A DNA stretch of 61,642 bases, filler included, from Trichosphaerium sp. ATCC 40318 (GCA_038496445.1; 3 parts of 3 records of this genome joined end to end with filler, not necessarily neighbours in it), one strand, 5' to 3'; shown: positions 12,221 through 22,756, counted from the whole stretch's first letter. Numbers and translations are program-made. Notes: generated by a model not told the origin, from the letters alone.

Positions 12221-12961
12221 TTAGTCTAGATTGTAGAAGTATTCTTCAGGGATAAAATCATCAACTTCTTCATCAGATGAGCAAATCATTTCATAATCAG
12301 GTGAGTCAGGTACGTTGTTGAAACCGCTGTTGAAATCGACGTGGATAGTACCATCAGCATTGGTAGTGACCATTGGTTGTTCTTGAGGGTCGTCGCTGTC
12401 GGTGGTACTTAAGCAAGATTCAAAACGCGGCATCTTAAGTGTAGGAACAGGAGAAGGCGCATTTCTGTTCACCGGACACTTAATACTTGTTAGAGACTCA
12501 TTATCCCCAAAATCGACGTCTTGATCGACGTCCATTGAAACATCATCACCATAATGGATCGCAGTATGGTCTATCATGTCATGGTTGACTGGCGAGTCGC
12601 ACCCACTGTAATTTGGCGAAGTTGGGTGATACGAAGGTGAACTCTCTTGAAAATACGGTCTTGGAGCGTTGAGAAGGCCCAGCAGATAAGTACGGCGTGC
12701 GATCGAAGATTGGCGCGTTTGGAGTGCTTGAGCGATAACAATCATGCGTGGTACCGTCGTACAAAAAGCTACGATGGTTTCGGCTTCACAGCGTCTTAAA
12801 ACAAGGTCTTGAACCATTTGCGCAAGAAGCTCATGTATAGCTTTCATTGCGTTGGCACTGAAACTCCCAGGTGTAAGATCAATGGCTGGGATAGGTAAGG
12901 ATGGGTTGTTTGTAAGATCGTCGGTGATTGTTGATACTTCAGTTCTCCAGAGGTGCTCCAT
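12221..12961 (-). CDS. Extra 3' ORF (ORF2, 246 aa) of the Gypsy element; not Env-like
   Basis: Intact ATG ORF between the pol stop and the PPT, same strand. Helical-looking N-half; acidic/Ser-Pro C-half with YFQESSPS-YHPTSPN-YSGCDSP. No signal peptide or TM segment. Confidence 0.8.
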   Translation of the reverse strand: MEHLWRTEVSTITDDLTNNPSLPIPAIDLTPGSFSANAMKAIHELLAQMVQDLVLRRCEAETIVAFCTTVPRMIVIAQALQTRQSSIARRTYLLGLLNAPRPYFQESSPSYHPTSPNYSGCDSPVNHDMIDHTAIHYGDDVSMDVDQDVDFGDNESLTSIKCPVNRNAPSPVPTLKMPRFESCLSTTDSDDPQEQPMVTTNADGTIHVDFNSGFNNVPDSPDYEMICSSDEEVDDFIPEEYFYNLD

Positions 12962-13136
12962 GTTGTTTGTATTTTAATTAAATTATATTCTCTCTCTCGT
13001 TGTTGGGTTCAGTGATTTGTTATTGCGTCATGTATACTAAATGGCAATTATATATGTTTGTCTGTTTTAATCAGACTATTGTATGCTTTGATTTGTTTTG
13101 AGCTTTCTTATTTTGCTGAAAGCTCGCTTCTAATTT

Positions 13137-16100
13137 TCATTTGGAAGTGTTCTTATCTTGTGCCCATCTTTTAGCAATAGTGATAAGAGCTTGTTTGCTG
13201 TTTGCTGTTCTCACTTCCTTTCGGAGTTTCTTTCTTTGGTTGGTATTTGCGATATACCCCTCGATAATTGAATACATTGGTGGTTTATAGTTGGTCGGTT
13301 CATCTGTTTTGGTACCTTCCATTTTAGTAAGTAACCGTTGTAGTTCTATTTGAAAAGTATCCGCCACGTCGGCTCTTCCTGCCGTTCTAGGTGACCTACG
13401 AATTCGTCGCGGTGGAGTAATTGGTAGATCTGGTGCGAAATAATCTTCTGTGTTATTATCGCTTAATTCTACCGTTCCCTGCGATAAATACTTTTTCTTG
13501 CGAGAAACTTCATCCGAATTTTTAACGGATATAACCGGAGCGTTTTGTAATTTATATCTTCGCCAATTTTCATCTTCTTCTTCACTGATGTCATCTTCAC
13601 TACTCGTTTTGGAGCTTGTTTCGCTATTTGAGATACTAATTTCTCCGCTAACACTCTCACTTTGGCTTAATTCTCCGTTATTGTCCACTGAGTCATTTTC
13701 TCCGTTGTTAAGGTTGACGTCGATATCGTCTACACCTCTTGGTAGTGGTGGCGCTGTTGTTATTTGTTGTTTTGTATTTCTAAATTCAATTTCATAATTT
13801 TCGTCGTTTGAGTCCGATTCTTCAGAATCTATTGGTGGCGGCTTTGTAGTAGGTCCATCTGTTTTGCTATTGACCTTAAACGGTGGGTACATAGTGCTCT
13901 GTTCCACATTTTTATCTTCTCGTTCATTGTATTTTTTTAAGTATTTTATGCTGACTACATTGTGCATCCGACTTTGGCTTTTGAAGTTAAGCTTGTATGC
14001 GTTTGCGTTGATACGTTTTAACACCACATATGGGCCCTTCCATCGGTGTTGTAGTTTCTTTGTTAAGCCTGGTGTGGGGTTGTACTGCCACATCAGAACT
14101 TTATCACCAACATTGAATATTATTGCATTTGTGTGTGAATCGTGATTCACCTTTGCTTTCTCTGCTGCTGCTAGCATCTTAGTTCTAGCTAATTGATGTG
14201 ATTTTTGTAGAGCTTCGACCATTCGTGATTTGTATAGCTTCAGTGTTGTTGGTTGTTCGTGTATCACGTTTAAGTCTAGCGGTCTTCTTGGGTGTCGTCC
14301 AAACATTAAAAAGAATGGTGTTTCTCCCGTTGCTACATGGTGCGTAGTACGGTATGCCTGTAAGCATTGTGGTAAGTATTCATCCCAGTCTGTTTGAAAC
14401 TCTTGATCACAGAATATGCCTAACATTTCTGCAAGGGTATGATTAAATCGCTCAACTTGTCCATCTGTTTGAGGATGGTATGAGCTTGTGGAAAGCTTGC
14501 GAATCTTGAATAACTTTAACAGATCTGTCATTAATTCACTTAAGAATTGTGAACCTCGGTCTGTAAGTAACTGTTCCGGGTAACCGAATCTAGCAATGAC
14601 TCGATCGAACAGTAATTTTGCAATTATTTCTGTTGTTGGGTTATAACATGCGAATGCTTCAACCCACTTTGTGAAGTAATCACAGAAAACGACTATACTG
14701 TTATTTCCTAATCTTGTCGTTTTCATTGGTCCTACAATATCGATTGCAAGGCGTTGCCAAGGGAAACTGGCAATCATCGGCATTAGTTTACCCTGTTGTT
14801 TTCCTCGTTTGATCTTCTTTGTTTGGCAAAGTTTACAACTGTCAATATACTTCTTGATCTGACTATAAAATCCTGGCCAGTAATAGTTTGACCTAATTGA
14901 ATTGAAGGTTTTGAAGAATCCTAAATGGCCATTGTTGTCGTGATGGCTCATCAATACTTCTGATATTAATGATTTTGGTATCACAATTTGGGATACTTCG
15001 GCTTTGACTTTTGGTACTGTTGGTAACCATATATGGTTGAGAATGCCATCGTCATTTATCCACATAAATCTTGATAATGCAGCTACATTCCGTGCTGCTG
15101 TTTGGTCTTTTGGCAGTGTTTTGCTCTTGAGGTATGTTGTAATATCTCTACAAAATTGATCGTGACTTTGACATACTTTAAGTCTGTCAATACTGAACCC
15201 AGTTTGTTCTTTGTTATATGCATCTTTAATAAATGGTGGTCGTGATAATGCGTCTGCATTGCCATGTAATTTACCCGCCCGTTGCTCGATTGTGAAATCG
15301 TATTCTTGAAGTGCAAAGATCCACCTTGCATACTTTTGACGCACATGTTTGGTTGTTAACAGCCACTTTAATGATTCGTGGTCTGTAATTATTCTGACTT
15401 TGTTACTGACAATATACGGTCTATAGCGTTCCGCTGCTTTAATGACCGCTAAACACTCTTTTGCCGTGGTTGAATAGTTTCGTTCGGCTTTATTCAAGCT
15501 CTTACTGAAGTAGGATATCACTGATTCATTGCCGTTCTTCTTTTGGGCTAGTACTGCACCTATACCTACATTTGAGGCATCTGTATACAGTATAAATGGG
15601 AGTTCAAAATCTGGGTATCCCAATATCGGAGCATTGCATAGAGCTTTCTTTAGTTTTTCTATGCTGTGGTCTTGCTTCGGTGTCCATTTAAATTGCGTGT
15701 CTGATTTAAGCAACTCATATAGCGGATGCGCGATCTCTGTATATTTGTCTACAAACGAGCGATAGTAGTTTGATATCCCCAGGAATGACCTTAAATCTGG
15801 TACATTCGTAGGTGATGTCATGTTAACAATTGCCTCTATTTTTGTCTTATCAGGTTTAACGCCATGTTGAGTTACTACATGACCCAGATACTTAACTTCT
15901 GGTACACAGAATTTGCACTTCTTCGCATTGAGTGAATGCGAATATTTGTCAAACCGTTTGAATATTAATGCTAGTGCAAGCAAGTGTTGGTTGAATGTTT
16001 TAGTAAATATGATGATGTCATCAATATAAACTAGTGCATACTTCCATGTAAGTCCATTAAGAAGTACTTCCATATATCTCTGGAACGTGGCTGGTGCATT

Positions 16101-18512
16101 GACCAATCCAAAAGGCATTCTGTTAAATTCAAATAAACCAAATTTTGTTGTGAATGCTGTCTTCTGTTTGTCTTGTTCTGCAACCTCAATATGCCAGTAC
16201 CCACTAGGTTGGTCTAGTGTAGTAAAATATACAGCTCCTGCAACCGAGTCCAGTGCTTCTTCTACTCGTGGTATAGGGTATGAATCTTTCTTTGTTAATC
16301 CATTTAATTTTCGGTAGTCCACACAGAAACGAAGTGTTCCATCACTTTTTGGGGCTATTACCACTGGAAATGCCCATGGTGAATTGCTTTCCCTTATTAT
16401 ACCATCTTCCAGCATTGTGTTAATTCGATTCCATAGGTAGTCTGCTTCAGATGGTGACACTCGATATGGTTGGTTCTTGACTGGGCGTGCATCTCCAGTT
16501 ACAATATTATGTGCTGGCATTTTGGACCTGGGGGGACGCTTCGTATTTTTAATGAACAGGTGACGGTATCTTGTGAGAAATGCCATTAGAAGTAGCTTTT
16601 GTTCAGCGTTGATATTACTGTTTGAGAAGTCAAACATATCTCTGATTCCTTCGATTTCACTGCTAAGTGTTTTCATATCTTTTAAGTCGTCGATTATTGA
16701 TTTTGCTTCTTTGAGTTCTGTTGATCTGATAGCGTTAATTCTATTTGACTGCATCCAGCTCCCAGTTGCGATCTTCAAACCCTTTGAGACTCCCATTGTT
16801 TCGTTTGAGAAGTTTGCTATCTTAATACCGGTGTGTCCTCCGTGTACCATTACTATTGCCCGTTCCACTGCTGTTCCGTGTATGTTGCTGAATCTTTTGT
16901 CTGGTTCAATCATCATCACTCCTGATGATATGAGTGAGCGTGTTCTCACAGGAACAAATGAGTATGATCTTGGTGGTAATTTTACTTCATGTGTAACAAA
17001 CAATGTTTGGTCTTGTTTGTCCGTTTGATTGCGAATGCATGGTGCATTGACGTTTGGGTTATTGTTGAAGATCAATTGATAATTGGGGGTATCGATTGTT
17101 ATCTTCATGGATAGGATAGTATCCATACCAATAAGTGGTTTATCGAAATCATCTACTACAATAAATCTAATCCAACATGGTTTTGATAACCCTATTGTAA
17201 CTTGAAACATTACTGTTCCCATTACTTTAAGTGGTTCGTGTCCAGCTCCTTGTAGTGTTGCCTTGGTTGGTTGTAACTTCGTGATCCCCATTTGTACAAT
17301 TTCTTTGTATGGGAATATGCTTCGTACTGCTCCTGAATCTACAATGGTTTCCATAGTGACTCTCCCTGTTTTGTTTGTGAAGGTAGCTAATGTTGATAGA
17401 ACGGATGTTGCTTGACTATTACTAGCTGATTTGATCATATAAACTGGATAGTTCTCGTTGTCTTCTTCGAATTCATCATTGTATTTGTCGTACATATTAG
17501 GTTCATTATCATAGTACTGGTCTTCCCCTTCATTGGTAATCATCCGTATGTATTGTCCTTGTTGTTGGTTACGGGATCGCTGTCCTTGGAATCGTTGGTT
17601 TGATCTGTTGTTGAATCTGCGGCGAAACCCATTTCCTCGTCTTGGTCGTTGTTGGTAACGGTTATACTGAGGATTATAATTCCGAAATGGTCTTTGTTGT
17701 CTGTTATTATATTGTCTACGCCTTTGTTGGTTAGGGCAGTTGCGAGCTATATGTCCAGTTTCATTACAATTATAACATCTTATGTTTGGATTGTTCGGTT
17801 GTTGCACTACGTTAATAGCGTTTGGTACTGGAGTAGGTGTTGGAACTTGCACCGTAGCTTTCATAGTACTCATGACACTGACATGAAACATAGCTACTTC
17901 AGCGGCCTCTTGGGCTGATGCTGGTCTTTGTAGCAATACATATTGTGCCAATTCTGATGGCATAAGCTTTAAACAAAATGCATCTCTGAGTTGTGTTGGA
18001 TCATGAATGCGTGCTTCTCGGGCTGCAATATGGAATCGCCCACTAAAACTACCAATATCCTCTCCCAGTTGCATTTTAAGTGATGCAAACTCATGCTTCT
18101 TCAGGACTGCATTAGTTTTCCTACCATAACGTTCTAACAGGTTTTTAACGATTTGTGTCCAAGCCATGCTGGAAATGCTTGAACCATCAGCAGGCTTGAT
18201 ACGATCGAGTGCTTCGCCAGTGATGTGGTTACGCAAAACAATTTCATATTGTGTAATTTCCCAATTACTGAAAGTACTGATAGACTTGAGCTTATCAAGC
18301 CAATCCTCAACGCTGATTTTGTCTACTAATCTATCACCTGTGAAAGCGCGTAGAGCGCCTTTAGGTACTGCTGGGTATTTAGGTTGAACATAGACAGGAA
18401 GTTCATTCGCTAAAATTGGATTTCCGTCTTCGCCTACTGCTGCAACACGGGCTTTAAAAACTGGTTTGTACACCTCAATGGCATCGTTGATATCAACTAA
18501 CTGCTCTAACAT
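13137..18512 (-). CDS. gag-pol: Gag-Pol polyprotein (CCHC knuckle, protease, RT, RNase H, integrase) in one frame
   Basis: CYNCNETGHIARNC; IVDSGA; LRFCVDYRKLN, MPFGLVNAPATFQ, YIDD; YTDASNVGIGAVL, TDH, NADALSR; HHDNNGH..CKLC, IDIVGP/TDRGSQF/VERFN; WKGPY. PR-RT-RH-IN order marks Ty3/Gypsy. Confidence 0.98.
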   Translation of the reverse strand: MLEQLVDINDAIEVYKPVFKARVAAVGEDGNPILANELPVYVQPKYPAVPKGALRAFTGDRLVDKISVEDWLDKLKSISTFSNWEITQYEIVLRNHITGEALDRIKPADGSSISSMAWTQIVKNLLERYGRKTNAVLKKHEFASLKMQLGEDIGSFSGRFHIAAREARIHDPTQLRDAFCLKLMPSELAQYVLLQRPASAQEAAEVAMFHVSVMSTMKATVQVPTPTPVPNAINVVQQPNNPNIRCYNCNETGHIARNCPNQQRRRQYNNRQQRPFRNYNPQYNRYQQRPRRGNGFRRRFNNRSNQRFQGQRSRNQQQGQYIRMITNEGEDQYYDNEPNMYDKYNDEFEEDNENYPVYMIKSASNSQATSVLSTLATFTNKTGRVTMETIVDSGAVRSIFPYKEIVQMGITKLQPTKATLQGAGHEPLKVMGTVMFQVTIGLSKPCWIRFIVVDDFDKPLIGMDTILSMKITIDTPNYQLIFNNNPNVNAPCIRNQTDKQDQTLFVTHEVKLPPRSYSFVPVRTRSLISSGVMMIEPDKRFSNIHGTAVERAIVMVHGGHTGIKIANFSNETMGVSKGLKIATGSWMQSNRINAIRSTELKEAKSIIDDLKDMKTLSSEIEGIRDMFDFSNSNINAEQKLLLMAFLTRYRHLFIKNTKRPPRSKMPAHNIVTGDARPVKNQPYRVSPSEADYLWNRINTMLEDGIIRESNSPWAFPVVIAPKSDGTLRFCVDYRKLNGLTKKDSYPIPRVEEALDSVAGAVYFTTLDQPSGYWHIEVAEQDKQKTAFTTKFGLFEFNRMPFGLVNAPATFQRYMEVLLNGLTWKYALVYIDDIIIFTKTFNQHLLALALIFKRFDKYSHSLNAKKCKFCVPEVKYLGHVVTQHGVKPDKTKIEAIVNMTSPTNVPDLRSFLGISNYYRSFVDKYTEIAHPLYELLKSDTQFKWTPKQDHSIEKLKKALCNAPILGYPDFELPFILYTDASNVGIGAVLAQKKNGNESVISYFSKSLNKAERNYSTTAKECLAVIKAAERYRPYIVSNKVRIITDHESLKWLLTTKHVRQKYARWIFALQEYDFTIEQRAGKLHGNADALSRPPFIKDAYNKEQTGFSIDRLKVCQSHDQFCRDITTYLKSKTLPKDQTAARNVAALSRFMWINDDGILNHIWLPTVPKVKAEVSQIVIPKSLISEVLMSHHDNNGHLGFFKTFNSIRSNYYWPGFYSQIKKYIDSCKLCQTKKIKRGKQQGKLMPMIASFPWQRLAIDIVGPMKTTRLGNNSIVVFCDYFTKWVEAFACYNPTTEIIAKLLFDRVIARFGYPEQLLTDRGSQFLSELMTDLLKLFKIRKLSTSSYHPQTDGQVERFNHTLAEMLGIFCDQEFQTDWDEYLPQCLQAYRTTHHVATGETPFFLMFGRHPRRPLDLNVIHEQPTTLKLYKSRMVEALQKSHQLARTKMLAAAEKAKVNHDSHTNAIIFNVGDKVLMWQYNPTPGLTKKLQHRWKGPYVVLKRINANAYKLNFKSQSRMHNVVSIKYLKKYNEREDKNVEQSTMYPPFKVNSKTDGPTTKPPPIDSEESDSNDENYEIEFRNTKQQITTAPPLPRGVDDIDVNLNNGENDSVDNNGELSQSESVSGEISISNSETSSKTSSEDDISEEEDENWRRYKLQNAPVISVKNSDEVSRKKKYLSQGTVELSDNNTEDYFAPDLPITPPRRIRRSPRTAGRADVADTFQIELQRLLTKMEGTKTDEPTNYKPPMYSIIEGYIANTNQRKKLRKEVRTANSKQALITIAKRWAQDKNTSK

Positions 18513-18610
18513 AATATCTCTCTACTTGACTACTTCGGCACAGAAAACGGCTGTGATGACTTAACTATTTTGGACGTGCTTAATTGATAATAGTAAGCAG
18601 GTAAAAATCT

Positions 18611-18623
18611 GACAGTGTCGCCA
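18611..18623 (-). promoter_or_regulatory. Primer binding site (probably tRNA-Ser)
   Basis: Minus strand TGGCGACACTGTC 2 nt after the 5' LTR, complementary to a tRNA ending ...CAGTGTCG-CCA (G discriminator, as in tRNA-Ser). Confidence 0.8.
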
Positions 18624-18625
18624 AA

Positions 18626-18781
18626 TGTTATGATGCAGATTTATTATCAAAGCGTGTTTATTAAGAATTACGACAATTACAAAAGTTACAAAGCGAGAAA
18701 TAATATTGTGGTATTTGATTCAGTGAAAGAGAAAAGGGACTTCGCTGAAGATACGAATCTTAAGTTAGGTACAACTTAACA
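18626..18781 (-). repeat. 5' LTR of Gypsy element
   Basis: Identical to 12049-12204. Confidence 0.97.
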
Positions 18782-18794
18782 GTTACATGGAACA

Positions 18795-19563
18795 GTGTTA
18801 TTGGACATGCCTACCGAGATATTATCAACTATTCTACAAAACATACCATCTCGATTTGCAGCTTCTCAAACATGCCGTCTTCTTTCTTCTATTATCCACG
18901 ATATAGTAGGATACTACAGCATTAGATTAACAATACCAGAACTTGCAAAAGAAGCGTTAAAGCACGACGGTATTTTGAAACACAAAAATTAGGTTAGTTG
19001 GTATTAAAAAGACAGGTTTCCTTCCAACAATCTTCTGGAACAATTTGCAGGAGTTCATACAATTGACCTTCGAGGAATATTGTCTGCTAAAAGTTTGAAA
19101 GCGCTTGCTGGTGTCCACACTATAAAACTTGCTGGCACTGATGTAACGGAAAAGGCATCAGGTTTCTGCATTTCACTGGTGTAACAGATAAAAGCATGAA
19201 CGCTTGCTGGAGTACACATCATCAACCTTGATAATACTGCAATCACAGATGAAGGGGTGAAAGCACTCAAAGGTTCATTCTATTTCATTGTCACAATGTT
19301 ATGAAGTAACAGATGAAGGCATTAGAACATTGGCCGGCGTTCATAAAATAAACCTTACTGACACTAATGTAACAGAAAAAGGCCTCAGCTTTCTTAAAGG
19401 AGTTCATACAATAAGCTTAATGGTTGCAAAGACAAAAAAGATATGGTATGACTTCTCTTACCGGTGTTCACACAATACACCAAGATAACAGCCATTAGTG
19501 AACCTTGAAAGACTTGATATTCATAGGTGTTCGAGGATTACAAACAACTGTTGAAACGCTTGA
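18795..19563 (+). pseudogene. F-box/LRR pseudogene, paralog of 10338-11642; putative exon 1 at 11797-11828
   Basis: F-box LLDMPTEILSTILQNIPSRFAASQTCR, then GVHTIDL/GVHKINLTDTNVTEKG repeats broken by stops and frameshifts. Confidence 0.8.
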
Positions 19564-20399
19564 CTCCCCGTAAAACAGTTACAGCAACTAAAAGTGAGAC
19601 AAACTGTTGAAGCACTGGGTATAGCTCCGGTTGAACGCTCTAGACCAACGTAAATATAAACAAATTAAATAAAACTAGTCAAATTGCAGGAACGGGCTTT
19701 CAATCGTTTATTTATACAAATAATCCGATAAACCAGGTGGTACAGTACTTGGCCCATGAAAAATGGAAATTGTTTTTCCAGTACAAAGAGGCCGCAATCA
19801 ATTATGGTTCTTAGATCACCTACGAAATTGAGTAGAAAAGGAATGAGCTCTCAGGTAGCATACATCGTCAATTATACACTAGCTAAATTTTGATCACGTG
19901 CAATGGCGTTCAATCGATCAGCATTTTATACATGATTCTTTATTGCTTGTACAAAAAGCCTTTGCAGCTCAACTTAATATTTCGTACATTGTTTATGTCG
20001 CAGATGAAGAAGAACCAACAAGTGCACTTTATGTTTTTGTTTCTATTCTATTGTATGTTATTCCTGTGCGCCTGGTGAGCGAAGGATGTTTAAATTTGTC
20101 AAGGGTTTGATAACTTAGTCTTCTAGGAGGTTTTCGGATCTCAAACCGTTCACAACAACTTTTGCTGAACCAAAAAGTGTACTGCCCGCAACTTTCGGAC
20201 GTAAAAACTGCTTGCCGGAAGCGATAAAAATGGTAAAACTATAACGATATTTAGTAAATGTAACAAATAACCTGATTTCGGAGCAAAAAGGGGTACGTTT
20301 TATGAATGAACGTGTATCACGTTCAGGAAACGGTTTTTCACATGAAGTGTTAAGTCACTTTTACCGCCGTTTGGTGTCCATCAAAACAAACTCATTAAA

Positions 20400-20856
20400 A
20401 TGACCTCAACCACCCTTCTAGTACTTGCTCTTACCCTTGTAGTTCTGGTACGTGTTCGTTTCAATCCGTCTTTACTCACAGCTTACTAGACTTTCGCTCA
20501 AGAACGCTGCTGTGTCTACAACGCTGAACGTGATGTTTGTGTTGACAACGGATGTGGAGAAAAAGGTATCATTCCTACCATCTGCAAAAAGGTTGGTATT
20601 CGTAACCCTGCCGGAGGTACAGCGCTTTAACTGTAAGTATACTAGCCCTAACTTCATCTTAGAAGTTGTCAAGTCTTGTCTGTGCGTCCCAAGGAATCCT
20701 GAGATCGCTGATAACTGCAGAACACCAGCTACTGGCGATTGTGGAGATATGAACTGCGAAAGAGCCCTTACGCGCGCTCAAATCAGGTCCCCACTCGGTT
20801 GTGTTCGTACTACCAGAGGCAGACAAGACCGTTGTGTATGCTCTGTATGCTTTTAA
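20400..20856 (+). CDS. Small secreted cysteine-rich protein (one 14-Cys module)
   Basis: Signal peptide MTSTTLLVLALTLVVL|TFAQ, then ERCCVYNAERDVC...CLCVPRNPEIADNCRTP...CGDMNC...LGCVR...RCVCSVCF. Two introns. Confidence 0.8.
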
Positions 20857-21650
20857 GTAATGTCTACTCAATAAACCCTCACTCTCATCAACTTGTTTTT
20901 AATTCACTTCCTGTACATGTGCCTTTCAACAAACGCAAATCCACCCTGCTGCACTACTTTGTGCCAATTTCAATAATTTAGGTTGGTGTTTTTGTTGTAA
21001 CAAATGACATGTCCAGTAACAGGTTTCGTCTTAAAAGCTCTATGTCAACAATACAATGTAGATTTGGTAAGCCCGTGATACAGTTACCTCTTAGTGCAAG
21101 CTATTTGGGAAGACAAAAAGATAAAAACATACAACCCCTTTTTCATGCTGCACTTGAATGGACTTACAACAACATGAGAACTTTATAGCGTTCACACAGC
21201 GCAAGTTGGGTAAAGTACTTAATATTATACCAGTTCTCTTGCAAGTGGAATACAGTAAAAAGTAACTCACTGAGGACACAATTTGAGACGTCGGTTTTCG
21301 CCATAAGTAACGTATGTAGTTAACCCGCAAATGTCGGCCTAGCTGAAAAAAAAAACAAGCCTGAAATAGTACAACTGTACAACAGCGTCAAATATAGCTG
21401 GAAACATACTAGCCTTCCTGCAAATTCGGCCGATAAACTCGGTTTTTGTGTTTGGTGCTGACGCACATGTTTTTCGCTTTCCTCTTCGGAATAGGCGTTA
21501 AAGAAAAGCAACACGTGTACGAACAGGCATCTTTGTATTTTCGCACTTTTGGCTATTCTCTTTACGTTATCTAAACACGTGAGTTTCAGCTGAATTTTTC
21601 TTTCGGGTCAAAAATAACCCAACAAATTGGTACATATTTTAACAACAACT

Positions 21651-22534
21651 ATGACGTTAACAACTCTTCTCTTAGTCGCTCTTTCAATTATAACAATTGT
21701 ACGTTAGTTGATAGCGAAACAAATAAGAAAACAAATCGAGTATTCTGATTGAAGTAGGTGTCATCAAAACCATGCTGTACATACAATCCTGTTACTGATA
21801 GCTGTACCGATGTCACTTGCTCTTCTCTCCCTGATGGTCTACCAAACGCTCTTCCTACAGTTTGTAAACTATTCAAAAGAGTATCAAGCAGCGGTAAGTG
21901 CTTTGTCGCAAACAAAAAATAGAACCGCTTGTATTGATTCGCTATAGGAGCCACAATAAAACAATGCGGCTGTGTTGTTGATGAGCCATCGGTAGTAGAA
22001 GGAAGTTGTTTTCCTGACCCTGATACTGGTCGTTGTTTCGATACACCTCCTGTAGAGTTATGCAAAACACGTATGCAAAGACTCGGGTTTGATAACGGCG
22101 AGTGTTGGAACACAGAAGAAGGCTGCCGATGTGTTATCTGCGGTGAAGTCGAACAAAGACCATGTTGCGAATTGTTGGCAAACGGTGAGTGCAGTGACGT
22201 GACTTGCAGCAGAAGAGGTGAGGCAGTTGGTGAACCAACGACATGCTTGAAAGTGTGGAGAAGATCACAAGTTGGACAACGTACGCCTTTACTTGTAAAT
22301 ATTCTAATATTAACATTGATTTTTTTAGTAAGACCTTCTTGTCTCTGTGTACCACGTGATAGAGAATTACTTGATAATTGTAGAACACCAGCCTTCCCAC
22401 AAGAATGCGGTGATATGAATTGTAAACTGGACTTGAGAACATCTGGATTTCCAAATCCTTTAGGTTGCGTTAGATCTGTACTTCGCACACCACAAGGAAG
22501 AATAGAACGTTGTCTTTGCTCTGTATGTGACTAA
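21651..22534 (+). CDS. Secreted cysteine-rich protein (two tandem 14-Cys modules)
   Basis: Signal peptide MTLTTLLLVALSIITI|VSS. Module 1 is PCCTYNP...CRCVIC and module 2 is PCCELL...RCLCSVCD. Paralogous to 20400-20856. Confidence 0.8.
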
Positions 22535-22756
22535 GAAATTCCAAAATACTGTTCAGATCTGAAAGAACAATAAACTCATTCACAAACATGTCTATCCGTT
22601 TCTCTGCAGAATTAAGCTGATCACTTTGACACGATATTTTTTAGTTCGTTGTGCTACTTACAATTGCAGTTTTTAACTTCAATTTAATCTGCTACGCCGA
22701 GACTAAGTATTTGATTTTCATAGCTACTGATACGTTGTTTTTATTTACATTTGTAG

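Larger units (their letters stand above)
12049..18781 (-). mobile_element. Full-length Ty3/Gypsy LTR retrotransposon, recent insertion
   Basis: Two identical 156-bp LTRs (TG...CA), TSD GTTAC (12044-12048, 18782-18786), PBS, PPT, intact gag-pol and one extra ORF. Confidence 0.97.

Noticed and set aside
12221-12961. ORF2 as a retroviral-like envelope gene
   Set aside because: No signal peptide, furin site/fusion peptide or transmembrane anchor.
16750-17000. dUTPase-like segment between protease and RT
   Set aside because: The beta-rich spacer (VKLPPRS...IKIANFS..VSKGLKIA) lacks catalytic motifs and is common in Gypsy pol, so it is not novel.
19700-21330. Exon-like fragments at 19735-20110 and 20900-21330 (also 29650-30000, 38760-39500, 42980-43300, 49290-49800)
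   Set aside because: Splice-like signals are present, but they contain stops and have no recognisable homology. Too weak to annotate.
21688-22488. 266-aa minus-strand ORF and other antisense ORFs (8953-9399, 13450-13797, 16573-17028, 44648-45109)
   Set aside because: They lie opposite better-supported genes or exons and show no protein motifs of their own.
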